From a virus (lineage: Duplodnaviria; Caudoviricetes): a stretch of 27,148 nt of DNA. The position numbers and the translations under genes are program-made. The notes below the pieces were generated by a model that worked only from the letters and a program-made list of their open reading frames with translations, searched no databases and was not told the origin of the DNA. Every line of letters starts with the position of its first letter. Position 1 is the stretch's first letter. Of the stretch, positions 8,628 through 17,224 are shown piece by piece. The DNA lies in IMG/VR virus record IMGVR_UViG_3300043754_000005, positions 1 to 27,148 of that record; one strand, written 5' to 3'.

Positions 8628-9226
8628 GCGGCAATTCCATTAAGTGTTTGCGAGCCATCTAGAGCCCATGAGCCATCCAGCACGAGGAAGCCAGACTCCC
8701 CGGCGCTAATCAAAATGTCATTTCCAATTGTCAATCCGCCCGCTACGACCGGGTTCACCGGAGTCGTAACGCTCGGCTGAATAGAACCCATGTGCGAACG
8801 CAAGTTCTTTTCAATGTTGATGTAGGAAATTATCTTTTCAAATCCTGCCAGGTCGATGCCAACCTGGTCGCTATCAATCAGGACGTTGAATGTGTACGGG
8901 TCTCCAGGCGGGGACATCTGCCACCATTCCTGAATCGTTACGTCGTAACCTAGAGCATCTAATGCATTCGTTACAGCGCCTATCGTGCCTTTGTAACGCT
9001 GAACAATGATTGACGTAGAAATCGCGTTGCGTTTCTGTGCCTCTGTCCAAGTCGGGTCCCAGAAATCGGCGGAGAATGCCCATGCGAGCCACGGCAACAA
9101 AGGCGTCGGGCAGGCCCAGACGTTCCAAACATCGCGGACAGGAACGGGTACCGAACTGATTCGGTCAATGGATTCGTCGAGCGCCGTCTCAAGAGGCGTC
9201 GCGTTCGATGGCAGGATACTAGTCAC
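8624..9226 (-). CDS. Baseplate/tail protein I (P2 gpI-like)
   Basis: LPxNATPLE, CPxxLLPWLAWAxSxDxW, KGTxGAV, EWWQ...PYTF, KNxRSH; C-terminal LDGSWALDGSQTLNG extension. Confidence 0.93.
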   Translation of the reverse strand: MTSILPSNATPLETALDESIDRISSVPVPVRDVWNVWACPTPLLPWLAWAFSADFWDPTWTEAQKRNAISTSIIVQRYKGTIGAVTNALDALGYDVTIQEWWQMSPPGDPYTFNVLIDSDQVGIDLAGFEKIISYINIEKNLRSHMGSIQPSVTTPVNPVVAGGLTIGNDILISAGESGFLVLDGSWALDGSQTLNGIAA

Positions 9227-10127
9227 TGGATGTCGTCACCGTGATGCCTGTGCAGTACGGTGCCTGTCCCGTGGCCGATGGGATACCCGCAACCGGAGAA
9301 GTCAGCTGCACGTTATCAACTCCAGCTTGGTGCAGGGCTTTATAAATCCCTGACAGCGCAACGTCATAGCCGATTTTCTGAATTCCGCTCGCATAAGCCT
9401 GTGCCGCAGCGATAGCTGCTGCCTGCACAACTTCTGCGTCGGGGCCATCGAAAAGCACCAAGTTCGCTTCAATCGTGTACGGCAGCACGCTTGCACTCTG
9501 CACCGTTACCTGGTCGGTCATAGGACGCACGGTATCCGCGTTCACAGCCGCAGTAACCGCTGCGAGCTCTTGCTCGCTGGCCGTGCCATCGCCATTGCTG
9601 GACAGGACGTAGACCGTCACTTGACCCGGTGCTGGCGACACAGCCGATACGTCCATGATGGTGCCCCCAGCAGACATGCCGTGATACACGTAGCTCGCCT
9701 GGCTGCCTGCTGTCGTGTAGCTCTCGAGCGACAACGGAATGCGAATACGATAGGCATCATCCGACTCCATGACAGCTGGAACCGGAGGGAATACGGTGTC
9801 GTCTTCAGGCGTGATTACCAGTCTCGCGACGTTATAGTTCGCGCCGATTTGGTCGAGGTCCGGGCCCGTTGCGTACGCAAGCATCACGGCTTGCACCGCT
9901 TCGTTGGCCATTTGACGAACGAGCAGTTCGCGATAGGCGCACGCTTCAAGGATGATATAAGCCGGGTCGCTCTCAGTAAGACCCGTGAATGCGACTCCAC
10001 CCTCGACCTGCATGCGCGACGTGAAATCGGCCAGCATTGCGCTGAAAATCGTTTCGAAGTCGAGCGCCTCCACAGCCTGCGGAGCCGCAAGCTGAGAGAG
10101 GTTAACGGTTGTGTATGTGCCAGCCAT
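9219..10127 (-). CDS. Baseplate wedge protein J (P2 gpJ-like)
   Basis: LSQLxAPxxVExLDFE, ESDP, AYRE, LAYAxGxDLDQIGA, ExDDxYRxR, TAG..xYxYH, VRPxTDxVxV, QAPYCT. Confidence 0.95.
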   Translation of the reverse strand: MAGTYTTVNLSQLAAPQAVEALDFETIFSAMLADFTSRMQVEGGVAFTGLTESDPAYIILEACAYRELLVRQMANEAVQAVMLAYATGPDLDQIGANYNVARLVITPEDDTVFPPVPAVMESDDAYRIRIPLSLESYTTAGSQASYVYHGMSAGGTIMDVSAVSPAPGQVTVYVLSSNGDGTASEQELAAVTAAVNADTVRPMTDQVTVQSASVLPYTIEANLVLFDGPDAEVVQAAAIAAAQAYASGIQKIGYDVALSGIYKALHQAGVDNVQLTSPVAGIPSATGQAPYCTGITVTTSSD

Positions 10128-10465
10128 TAATTTACCGTGATTCCGCTAATAGCAACTGGCTGGCCAGTCGGCGTGTAAATTCCAGATACCGCAATCGATA
10201 CCTGGCCCGGTGCCGCGCTCGTTGCAGTAACTTTCGATAATTGAAAATCCGGCACCCACGTATGCAGCGCGCCCGCTGTCGCGGCATACATATCGGCCAG
10301 CGTTTCAGCATTCATTGGCGCATCAACAAGAAAGGGGAGATTGCTTCCGTAGTCACGACGCATCACACGACTCCCCAGCGGAGTCGTGAGCAGTTTCGTG
10401 ATTTCCTGGCTAAGATAATCAATGCCAGTGAGGAGTTTCCCCGTGGTCGAATTTGTGCCGTTCAT
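10127..10465 (-). CDS. Baseplate protein W (gpW/gp25-like)
   Basis: MxGxxxxTG, LxTPxGSRVMRRDYGS, LVDxP motifs; precedes J. Confidence 0.93.
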   Translation of the reverse strand: MNGTNSTTGKLLTGIDYLSQEITKLLTTPLGSRVMRRDYGSNLPFLVDAPMNAETLADMYAATAGALHTWVPDFQLSKVTATSAAPGQVSIAVSGIYTPTGQPVAISGITVN

Positions 10466-10472
10466 GTGTATT

Positions 10473-10515
10473 ATTTTCGTCCATAGGAGGTTTTATTTCC
10501 TTGTGTGGTTTTTCC
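10473..10515 (-). promoter_or_regulatory. Putative late promoter, copy 2 (between V and W)
   Basis: GGAAAAACCACACAAGGAAA (10515-10496), 17 nt, GAAAAT (10478-10473), then 7 nt to the W ATG. Confidence 0.75.
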
Positions 10516-10517
10516 GA

Positions 10518-11228
10518 TTAGGCCTCCGCCGACGTAGTCGGAGAGTTTTGTCCCTGAGCAGTGTGGTGGTGAGACTTAAGACCGATTCCATCGGCTGTTA
10601 CATCGCCGCCGGTGATGTTAATGGCACCAGCAAACGTAGAAACTGCACCACTTGCGCCCTGCCCTTGAACTGCCATTGCGCCAGTCACGCCAAGATTTTT
10701 CGTGACAGTTGCATTTCCATCCACCGTTAAATCACCGGTCAAGTGTGTTTTCGGTGTGTTCAGCGTCACGCTATCATCAGCATTAACGGTCGCGTCTTTA
10801 CAATTCACCGTAACAGTCCCGCCGGATACGTTAACCGTGACATTGCCGTTATTCGACACATTCACGGTCATCGCATGAGCATTGCTGTCATACGTGACCG
10901 TAGAGCCGTCACCGTACTTAACCATGTCCACGCCAGGGTCCGTAGATGGTGAAGGAAAATTCTCGGAATAGAATCCGCCAAGCACAAACCCCAGCGAGGT
11001 CTCACCACCAGGAGCAAAAACGATAACTTGCTCGCCAACAGTTGGCGCTGACCAGTACGTGGTGCCCCCTGCTCTAAACGCACACCACGCCAACCAATCC
11101 GTTTCTAAGCCTCCACAATCGCACGTCACAACCGGTTGAGCTGGGTCAGACGCGTCAATTGCGGTGATTGTGCCGAATCGAATTAACGCAGATAGCTTGC
11201 GGTATGCTTCAGATAGGTCATAACTCAT
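10518..11228 (-). CDS. Baseplate central spike protein V (P2 gpV-like)
   Basis: LIRxGTI, TDWLxW..RAG...WxAPxVGEQV...PGG, beta-strand repeats, and C-terminal LKSHHH metal-binding apex motif. Confidence 0.93.
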   Translation of the reverse strand: MSYDLSEAYRKLSALIRFGTITAIDASDPAQPVVTCDCGGLETDWLAWCAFRAGGTTYWSAPTVGEQVIVFAPGGETSLGFVLGGFYSENFPSPSTDPGVDMVKYGDGSTVTYDSNAHAMTVNVSNNGNVTVNVSGGTVTVNCKDATVNADDSVTLNTPKTHLTGDLTVDGNATVTKNLGVTGAMAVQGQGASGAVSTFAGAINITGGDVTADGIGLKSHHHTAQGQNSPTTSAEA

Positions 11229-11799
11229 TTGGATTTATAACAGTTGGGTCAGTTTCAAGGTACGTGTAATCAGGCAGGTGCGAAGGCCCTGTGTTCGGGT
11301 CAACGCCTACGAAAATCTGGTTGCCTGCGATTAAGCCGCTTGTGTCGTGCCACTCATTGCAGCCGAGATAGAGAACCTGAGTCCACTCGACTCGCCACAC
11401 AACGTACTCATCCAGGTCTGGGTTGAACTCGTCCGGCCACGCTCCGATGACTCTCGCTGCGTCTGTTACGACGCCAGTCCATCGGCGTAAGCGAAGCCAC
11501 GCAGCAAATGCAGCGGCAAATTTGCGCACTTCTAGGTGCACGTTTTTCGTTTTAAAACCGAAGATAATTTCCGCTTCAAATTTCGCATTCACAGCAAGCT
11601 GGTCAGTGCCCGGGTCATCCTCAAGCTCTGACTCGAATTCACTTAGTTGCAGAAGAACCGCTGGCAGCTTCATGCCACGACGCTCAGTATCCTCGCGATA
11701 GAATTCGACTGTGGCGAGCGATGGGAACTGCTTCTGCATGTCCGACACAATTGCATCGTGTAGTGCACACAGGTCAAGGTATGCATTTGGGTCACTCAT
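11218..11799 (-). CDS. Putative tail completion/terminator protein
   Basis: LHDAI...FP...VEFYR...PAVLL...DPGTxQ...YxVWxVEW pattern; position before spike gene. ATG 11799 overlaps the upstream stop (GTG 11802 is an alternative). Confidence 0.65.
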   Translation of the reverse strand: MSDPNAYLDLCALHDAIVSDMQKQFPSLATVEFYREDTERRGMKLPAVLLQLSEFESELEDDPGTDQLAVNAKFEAEIIFGFKTKNVHLEVRKFAAAFAAWLRLRRWTGVVTDAARVIGAWPDEFNPDLDEYVVWRVEWTQVLYLGCNEWHDTSGLIAGNQIFVGVDPNTGPSHLPDYTYLETDPTVINPNEL

Positions 11800-12371
11800 C
11801 ACCGCTCACCAATTTGATATTTGACGCGCGCGTGCAATTCGCGCTTGAATAAAGGCCAGAAAATGTCTTCGACGTGCACGAAAACTTTGTCCTCGATGTA
11901 AATCTGGGCCTGGTCCTGTATCGGGAAAAGCTGCTCCACGATGGGCAGCCGTGCCTTACCCTTTCGCTTGTAAATCGTGTTTCCTCTACCAAGCTTGCTT
12001 TTTGCCACGAACGCGCCAGGGAACTCGACTCCCCGAAATTCCGCACCATCCGAGTTCTTTGTCGGAGCGCCCCTGAACCACGACACCGGCATGTCATTCA
12101 GTCCGTATCGGAGCTCTACACCCTCGAATGTGCGGCTCTGACCGAGCTTGTTCATTCCTGAGCGCATTTTGATTTTCTTTAGACGCTTGCGAAGGTCGCC
12201 AATGCGTTTCAGCTCCAGCTCGCTAACTAGGCCTTTCTTGGACAATGTTGCGAGCTTGGACGCTGTTCTAGCAAGCGCTCTATTTAGCGAGAAAATAATC
12301 TGCTTCTCAGACGCATCCAGCTCGTCGCCGATGGCCTTAAGCTGGCTGAAGTCGATGTCGAAGTGAATCAT
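11799..12371 (-). CDS. Putative neck / minor tail protein (lambda gpZ-like)
   Basis: Basic 190-aa protein with LNRALxRT, GAFVA, IYKRxGKARLPI; lies between head-closure and tail-terminator genes. Confidence 0.65.
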   Translation of the reverse strand: MIHFDIDFSQLKAIGDELDASEKQIIFSLNRALARTASKLATLSKKGLVSELELKRIGDLRKRLKKIKMRSGMNKLGQSRTFEGVELRYGLNDMPVSWFRGAPTKNSDGAEFRGVEFPGAFVAKSKLGRGNTIYKRKGKARLPIVEQLFPIQDQAQIYIEDKVFVHVEDIFWPLFKRELHARVKYQIGER

Positions 12372-12710
12372 TTACGCGTCCGGCGATAGCTCGAGAACCT
12401 CCAACCCAGTCCCATCAGGCTGAGGGTATGTGAGGATGCCGAATGTCCAGAAAACCGTAACACCGTCGTTATCGTAAACAACCAACGTGTCCGCGCGACG
12501 GGCACCTGTACAGGTTCCCTCTTCGCATGTGAATTTGGGCTTTTCTGTATCTTGTACGTAGTCATGGCGCAACTTCGCCTTCAAATACGGACCATCGTAG
12601 ATGCCAACGATGTCGCGCGTTGTCCCATCAGCGAACTGGATGGTCGCCTTTACAGCAAAATCATCCAGGCTGATGAAATCGGACGGGTCATCCCACGTCG
12701 GATGCGGCAT
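12372..12710 (-). CDS. Putative head-tail joining (head closure) protein
   Basis: Acidic 112-aa beta protein with FxxxDDFA, GIYDxPY, PxFTC and PDGTGxxxLxL; synteny after capsid. Confidence 0.7.
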   Translation of the reverse strand: MPHPTWDDPSDFISLDDFAVKATIQFADGTTRDIVGIYDGPYLKAKLRHDYVQDTEKPKFTCEEGTCTGARRADTLVVYDNDGVTVFWTFGILTYPQPDGTGLEVLELSPDA

Positions 12711-13024
12711 TACGCGGCGGAGCTCGCTTGATTTGCGGCGGCTTCAGCGGCAGCAGCAGTTGCCTCAGCGGCCTTTGCAGCGTCCTGCGCGGCCTTGACC
12801 TTAGCGGCTTTTGCCGCGTCAGCAGCAGCCTTTGCGGCAGCCTTATTAACAGACGAATCAACCTTATCGGCCTTATCGGTCGGAACGCTATCAACTACAG
12901 CTTTACCAAGCTTGAGCAGCTGCTTGGCTTCGTACTCGACCATCTCGACTTTCGTACCGGCGCGCACGATTTGCCCGTCGATAACGGTAGCCGAAGTCAA
13001 TTTCACAATCACGGTGCCGTTCAT
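12710..13024 (-). CDS. Small protein after capsid gene (possible gpFI-like packaging/head accessory) with Ala/Lys-rich tail
   Basis: N-terminal beta domain (IDGxIVRAGxxVE...AKxLLxxGKA) followed by low-complexity KAAAKAAADAAKAAK; function inferred from position only. Confidence 0.6.
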   Translation of the reverse strand: MNGTVIVKLTSATVIDGQIVRAGTKVEMVEYEAKQLLKLGKAVVDSVPTDKADKVDSSVNKAAAKAAADAAKAAKVKAAQDAAKAAEATAAAAEAAANQASSAA

Positions 13025-13050
13025 TATTTAGGAATCCAGTCAATGTTATG

Positions 13051-13077
13051 AAAAAGGGCCGCCGTACTGGCGGCCCT
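13051..13077 (-). terminator. Rho-independent terminator after major capsid gene
   Basis: Minus strand AGGGCCGCC-AGTAC-GGCGGCCCT-TTTT, starting ~25 nt after the capsid stop. Confidence 0.85.
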
Positions 13078-13101
13078 CTTAAGTTTTAATCCGCGAGGGG
13101 A

Positions 13102-15090
13102 TTACGGGTTGGCGGTTGCCGTGTTAGACGCGTACGTGAACGACTGAGCGTGACGGATACCCATATCCACGTCCTGGAACACTACGATACGCGTGCCACC
13201 GCTGGTGCTCAGCGAATAGGGGTCCACAGTCATATCGAGTCCGGCCCAAATTCCGAGAATAAAATCGCTCCAATTTCCGTAGAAATTGTCACCGGCCGTC
13301 AACTGGTTGGTCACGTCAACTTCGTAGCCGTTAATCGTATTACCCGGCTCCCAAATCGTCTGCGAACCATTCACGCCAGGGAACTTCAGTGTCGTCTTGG
13401 CCGCACCACGAGCGGCTGCGTTGATGACGTACGACAGGCTACCGATGTCAGCGTCAGCAGCAGCAACTGCGGTTTCCATCTGAACAAATTCAGAGAACGA
13501 TGCGTTCGCGCCAGCCAGTGCGACTGCATGAATTCCATTCTGCTGGAGCAGACCCTTCGGCGCGCCGTTTACACCGCTGCCGTACAAGACAGCCTTGTCC
13601 AACGCGAGCGCCATCACCTTCAGCAAGTCATCGCGGACAATTCGTTCGGCGTCCGGAGTACTTTGCAACTGCAGGCGACGAGTGATGTCTGTCCACGCTG
13701 CAAGAGTGTGGGGATTCAGAGACACCTGGTCGATTCCCGGTTCGCTTTCGGTCGGGGGGGAACCTTCACCGACCCAGTAGGCCTGCGTAGCAGCATTTTG
13801 GCGCGGAATATCGACGTTTCCAACGAGGCCACCGAGCGAGGTAACACGCTTCAATGCCCACGTGCGGTGACGGAGCAGCTCGATAAAGCTGTCAGCCAAC
13901 AGGTTCGTTGCTACCGTACCAGCGCCAGTGCCCGACATTCCAGTTCCTGCGCTAACGGAGAACGCACGGTTAAGAACGTCGGCCGGAATCATAATGCCGC
14001 GCGATTCCTTGCCAGCCTTCTCAGCAGCAGCGCGCGATGCTTCAAATTCGAATGCAGCTTCCTTCTGGTACTGCTTGTTATTCGGGTTAGCCAGCGCACG
14101 GATGGCGCGCATCACGCTGAACTGTCGCACTTCCTTGTCGTTCATGCCGACTTCGCCGTTCTTAACCTGCTCTGACAGCGGTGTCTTGCTGCGCTCGGTA
14201 GCGAAATTGGCGAGCAATTCCCGACGGAAGTCGTCAGCTGACTTGCCAGCGGCAATAAACTCAAGAGCCTTATCAACTTCGTTATACGAACGACCCATAT
14301 CGGTCAGTTCTTTAACGCGAGCGCGTTCAGCATCTTGGCCACGAGATTGAGCAGAACGAGCCTCTTGTCCAGCCATTTCGAGAACTTCCAGCACTTGCGT
14401 GATGCTGCCGCTCTCGTCAACGATTGCACGAACAAGATTGCCCGATGCATCACGAGTGACTTTTTCCATTTTTTGGATTTTCTCCAGAGTTGAATTGGTA
14501 CTTCCTTGACGATAATTATCGGGTACCGTCTTCCCGTTTTCCTTGTGTGGGTTTTCCAAAGCGCGACCGACGCCGGAATATTCATCATCGGCGGGGATGC
14601 TGACCATTGAAATTTCATATGGCTGCCAGCCACTGACCAGATATACATCAGTCCCGTCAGCTCGCTCTTCTTGGAGCTTCATTTCAGTCGGCGTATATCC
14701 AACCGAAACCTTAGAAATTATTCCATCGCAAATATCTTGAAATAGCTGTTCGCCTTCAGCGCTACGGCTAAATCTGAGGACTGCTCGGCCCTTTCGGTCG
14801 CCATCAATACGCGCAGACTCAACTACGCCGCGCTGGTCGCTCCAGTCGTGCATCCATAGCACTGGAGCGCCATTTGTGATGCGAGACATATCAACAGCGC
14901 CAGGAGCGTGCGAGAGAACCTCAATGCCGAACCAGCGCTCTACCGTTTCTGTCTCGCTTGAAAAAGCGACTTCAACCGTGCGCGCTTCCTTGTCGATACT
15001 TCCTACTGGAACGGAGCGCTTTAGACCGCCACGCTCCTTAATCTCATTGAGTTTATGCGCGATACGCTCGCCTACGTTTTCAATTTTCAT
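13102..15090 (-). CDS. Prohead protease - major capsid protein fusion (HK97 fold)
   Basis: N-terminal HK97-type protease (VAFSSE, LWMHD, SVGY, WQPYEISMVSIPAD), a charged scaffold-like linker, then capsid domain (IPRQ..AYWVGEG, ITRRLxLQS, GxGxNGxPxG, GNWSDxxxGxW). Confidence 0.93.
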   Translation of the reverse strand: MKIENVGERIAHKLNEIKERGGLKRSVPVGSIDKEARTVEVAFSSETETVERWFGIEVLSHAPGAVDMSRITNGAPVLWMHDWSDQRGVVESARIDGDRKGRAVLRFSRSAEGEQLFQDICDGIISKVSVGYTPTEMKLQEERADGTDVYLVSGWQPYEISMVSIPADDEYSGVGRALENPHKENGKTVPDNYRQGSTNSTLEKIQKMEKVTRDASGNLVRAIVDESGSITQVLEVLEMAGQEARSAQSRGQDAERARVKELTDMGRSYNEVDKALEFIAAGKSADDFRRELLANFATERSKTPLSEQVKNGEVGMNDKEVRQFSVMRAIRALANPNNKQYQKEAAFEFEASRAAAEKAGKESRGIMIPADVLNRAFSVSAGTGMSGTGAGTVATNLLADSFIELLRHRTWALKRVTSLGGLVGNVDIPRQNAATQAYWVGEGSPPTESEPGIDQVSLNPHTLAAWTDITRRLQLQSTPDAERIVRDDLLKVMALALDKAVLYGSGVNGAPKGLLQQNGIHAVALAGANASFSEFVQMETAVAAADADIGSLSYVINAAARGAAKTTLKFPGVNGSQTIWEPGNTINGYEVDVTNQLTAGDNFYGNWSDFILGIWAGLDMTVDPYSLSTSGGTRIVVFQDVDMGIRHAQSFTYASNTATANP
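14515..14557 (-). promoter_or_regulatory. Putative late promoter, copy 3 (internal to protease-capsid gene)
   Basis: GGAAAACCCACACAAGGAAA (14557-14538), 17 nt, GATAAT (14520-14515); GGAG at 14485-14482 and in-frame ATG at 14469. Confidence 0.8.
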
Positions 15091-15104
15091 TTCGTTAATT
15101 CCAG

Positions 15105-16688
15105 TTATTTACCAGCGGCCGGTGCTTTAGCCACCGACTCGTCAGCCTTACTCGGGGCTGCTTCAGGCGCAGGCAGAATGCCGAACATGACGCTAATGAA
15201 CTCTTGCGGAACTCCCGCTTCCTTCAGCATTTCGATGTCACTTGCGATTTCTGCTGCAACTGCCTCAGGGTCACGACCTTGCTCACGAAGCACTTGTGAA
15301 ATCGATGTAAGGCCTGCGCGAATTTCTGTCGTTTTCGCAGTAGCGTCCGACTTCGGGTCAATCCATGCCCATCTACGACCTTGGTAGTGCACAGTCTTAT
15401 AGATAGCCAGCTTAGAAGGTGGAAGTGGTTTGCCCTGCTTATTGACAATTTTTTCGGATAGCAGCGCAATCTTCAGCCAGTCTTCGTACACGGGTTGAAT
15501 CAGCGTCTCAATGAGCCAGCCTTGAAGTTCCTTCCAGAAATCGCGCTCAGAAACCTTCCCGTCTCGAATGCTGGAGAAGTTAACATTTTCGAGATTATTG
15601 CCTAAGGCGTTATACGAAACGCCCATACCAGTAGCTGCGCCGCGAAGGAATACCTTGTGCGCTACTTCGAATTCACCGGCGGGATATTGAGGATTCCATT
15701 CAGCAAGCTTTGCGCCCTGAGGAAGTTCGTGGAACGAAAGCGGTTCAGCGTCGAAGGTTTCAAGTGGACTATCATCCCCCTCTTCCCAGGTTGGGCCGTA
15801 ACCCTCCGTCCATTCGACAATGCCCATTTTTGATGCGGTAGCGCGCGCATTTTGCACGCTTGCATCTTCGAATCCTTGCAGGTGATGCAGCCGGAACAAG
15901 CTAGTCGAAGACCACGGAATTCCGCGCTTCTGGCTCGCCATTTCTGTCACGAAACCATGAATGATTTCCTCGGCGGGGATTCGAATGTACCCTTCACCGC
16001 TAATGCTGTAATAGAACTGGGAATCAGATTCGTCTGTACTCGCGAAATGGAACGCAATTGGCCGACCATAGCGGTTGAATTCGATGCCATTGCGAATGAA
16101 GTTTCCGCTAGTCAGGCTCTTGTAGTCTTGATAACGAACCGGCAAACGCTGCGGGTCAATAACTTGCAAAGCGTAGCCGAACGGACCAGCATCAGCACCG
16201 CGAACTTTGCGGATGATAAATTCACCATCGCGCGCCGCGTGCTCAACGCACAGCGCTTGAATTCCGCGCCATGATAGTTGACCCGTCACATCGCAATTAC
16301 CTCGCTTGCACCATTCAGCGAAGGCCGCTTCGATAGCGGCATTGGCGACCTTATCTAGCTTTCCATTCGAAAGTGTTGCCTTTACTTGCAGCTTTACGCC
16401 GTGCTCGCCGACAATATTCTGTCGGCACATCCTGATATAGCCCCTGACATAATCATTGTTCGACCACTGCTCACGCGAACGCGCTACCAGGGCAGGCTGG
16501 CGCAGCGTGATGAACTGGTCGGGAGGCAGCGGGATAGCCGTCCACGCGTCGTTACTGTCTACCGTTGCCGACTTGAACAGGCTATTCAAATTGCTCAGCA
16601 TGTGGCCCATCATCCTACGGCGTGGCGCAGGTTTTTGGATAGGCGCTTCCACGGCGCGCTTGCGCCCGAGGAATGGGAATAGTCTCAT
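15105..16688 (-). CDS. Portal protein, lambda family
   Basis: 527 aa; LVARSR..xxNN, NIVG..G, DGExI, NGIEFNxYGRPIAxH, RGIPW, GVSYxxLxxxLExVNFSSIR, WIDPxxD. Confidence 0.95.
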   Translation of the reverse strand: MRLFPFLGRKRAVEAPIQKPAPRRRMMGHMLSNLNSLFKSATVDSNDAWTAIPLPPDQFITLRQPALVARSREQWSNNDYVRGYIRMCRQNIVGEHGVKLQVKATLSNGKLDKVANAAIEAAFAEWCKRGNCDVTGQLSWRGIQALCVEHAARDGEFIIRKVRGADAGPFGYALQVIDPQRLPVRYQDYKSLTSGNFIRNGIEFNRYGRPIAFHFASTDESDSQFYYSISGEGYIRIPAEEIIHGFVTEMASQKRGIPWSSTSLFRLHHLQGFEDASVQNARATASKMGIVEWTEGYGPTWEEGDDSPLETFDAEPLSFHELPQGAKLAEWNPQYPAGEFEVAHKVFLRGAATGMGVSYNALGNNLENVNFSSIRDGKVSERDFWKELQGWLIETLIQPVYEDWLKIALLSEKIVNKQGKPLPPSKLAIYKTVHYQGRRWAWIDPKSDATAKTTEIRAGLTSISQVLREQGRDPEAVAAEIASDIEMLKEAGVPQEFISVMFGILPAPEAAPSKADESVAKAPAAGK

Positions 16689-17221
16689 TGATGGAATTTC
16701 ACGATGATGGGACGACCGAATCGACCCTTAGATTTTTCTTGCGCCACTTTGGCTGCGTAGTACGCGCGCAGCTTCATCAGGTCAGCAATCGGGGTGCGCC
16801 ACAGCTCGCGTTCGTTGATTTTGTAGCGCTGCTGGTCCGACGTAGCTCGCTTAGCAATCACTGCGTCGATAGCGTCAAGGCCAATCTCGAACTGGCTTCG
16901 ACCGTCAAATGGGCCGGTAACCGCAGCCAGGTCAGCAATAACTTTGAACTGGCCTTTGCCAATTTCCTGCATCGATGTGCCGTTTGTGACGCGCAGGCTG
17001 TACCAGTACTCGCCCGGCAGCCATGCACTCGTAACAGCAGCCAGCTCACTAAACAGGAACTCATCGCCATTCGCGACGGCCGTCAAATCAATCTGTTGCG
17101 GGCCACGAATGACAGCATTGAGCGTCCAACTCGATGCAGGAAATGCAGGCGAGCAGATGCTGGCCTGAAAATCCAGACCGGCCGTCACCTGCGCGGGTAA
17201 TTTGATAATTGGTCGCTGCAT
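16685..17221 (-). CDS. Head-tail adaptor (gpW-like C-terminus)
   Basis: Between TerL and portal; C-terminal LDAIxAVI..RAT..QQRYxINxRxLxRxPIADLxxLRxxY. Confidence 0.75.
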   Translation of the reverse strand: MQRPIIKLPAQVTAGLDFQASICSPAFPASSWTLNAVIRGPQQIDLTAVANGDEFLFSELAAVTSAWLPGEYWYSLRVTNGTSMQEIGKGQFKVIADLAAVTGPFDGRSQFEIGLDAIDAVIAKRATSDQQRYKINERELWRTPIADLMKLRAYYAAKVAQEKSKGRFGRPIIVKFHQ

Positions 17222-17224
17222 TCG

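Noticed and set aside
12720-12880. Ala/Lys low-complexity run as a DNA repeat element
   Set aside because: Codons vary, so this is protein-level low complexity rather than a tandem DNA repeat.
13150-14175. 341-aa plus-strand ORF
   Set aside because: Antisense shadow of the capsid gene, expected from codon bias. The same applies to the other plus-strand ORFs in the track.
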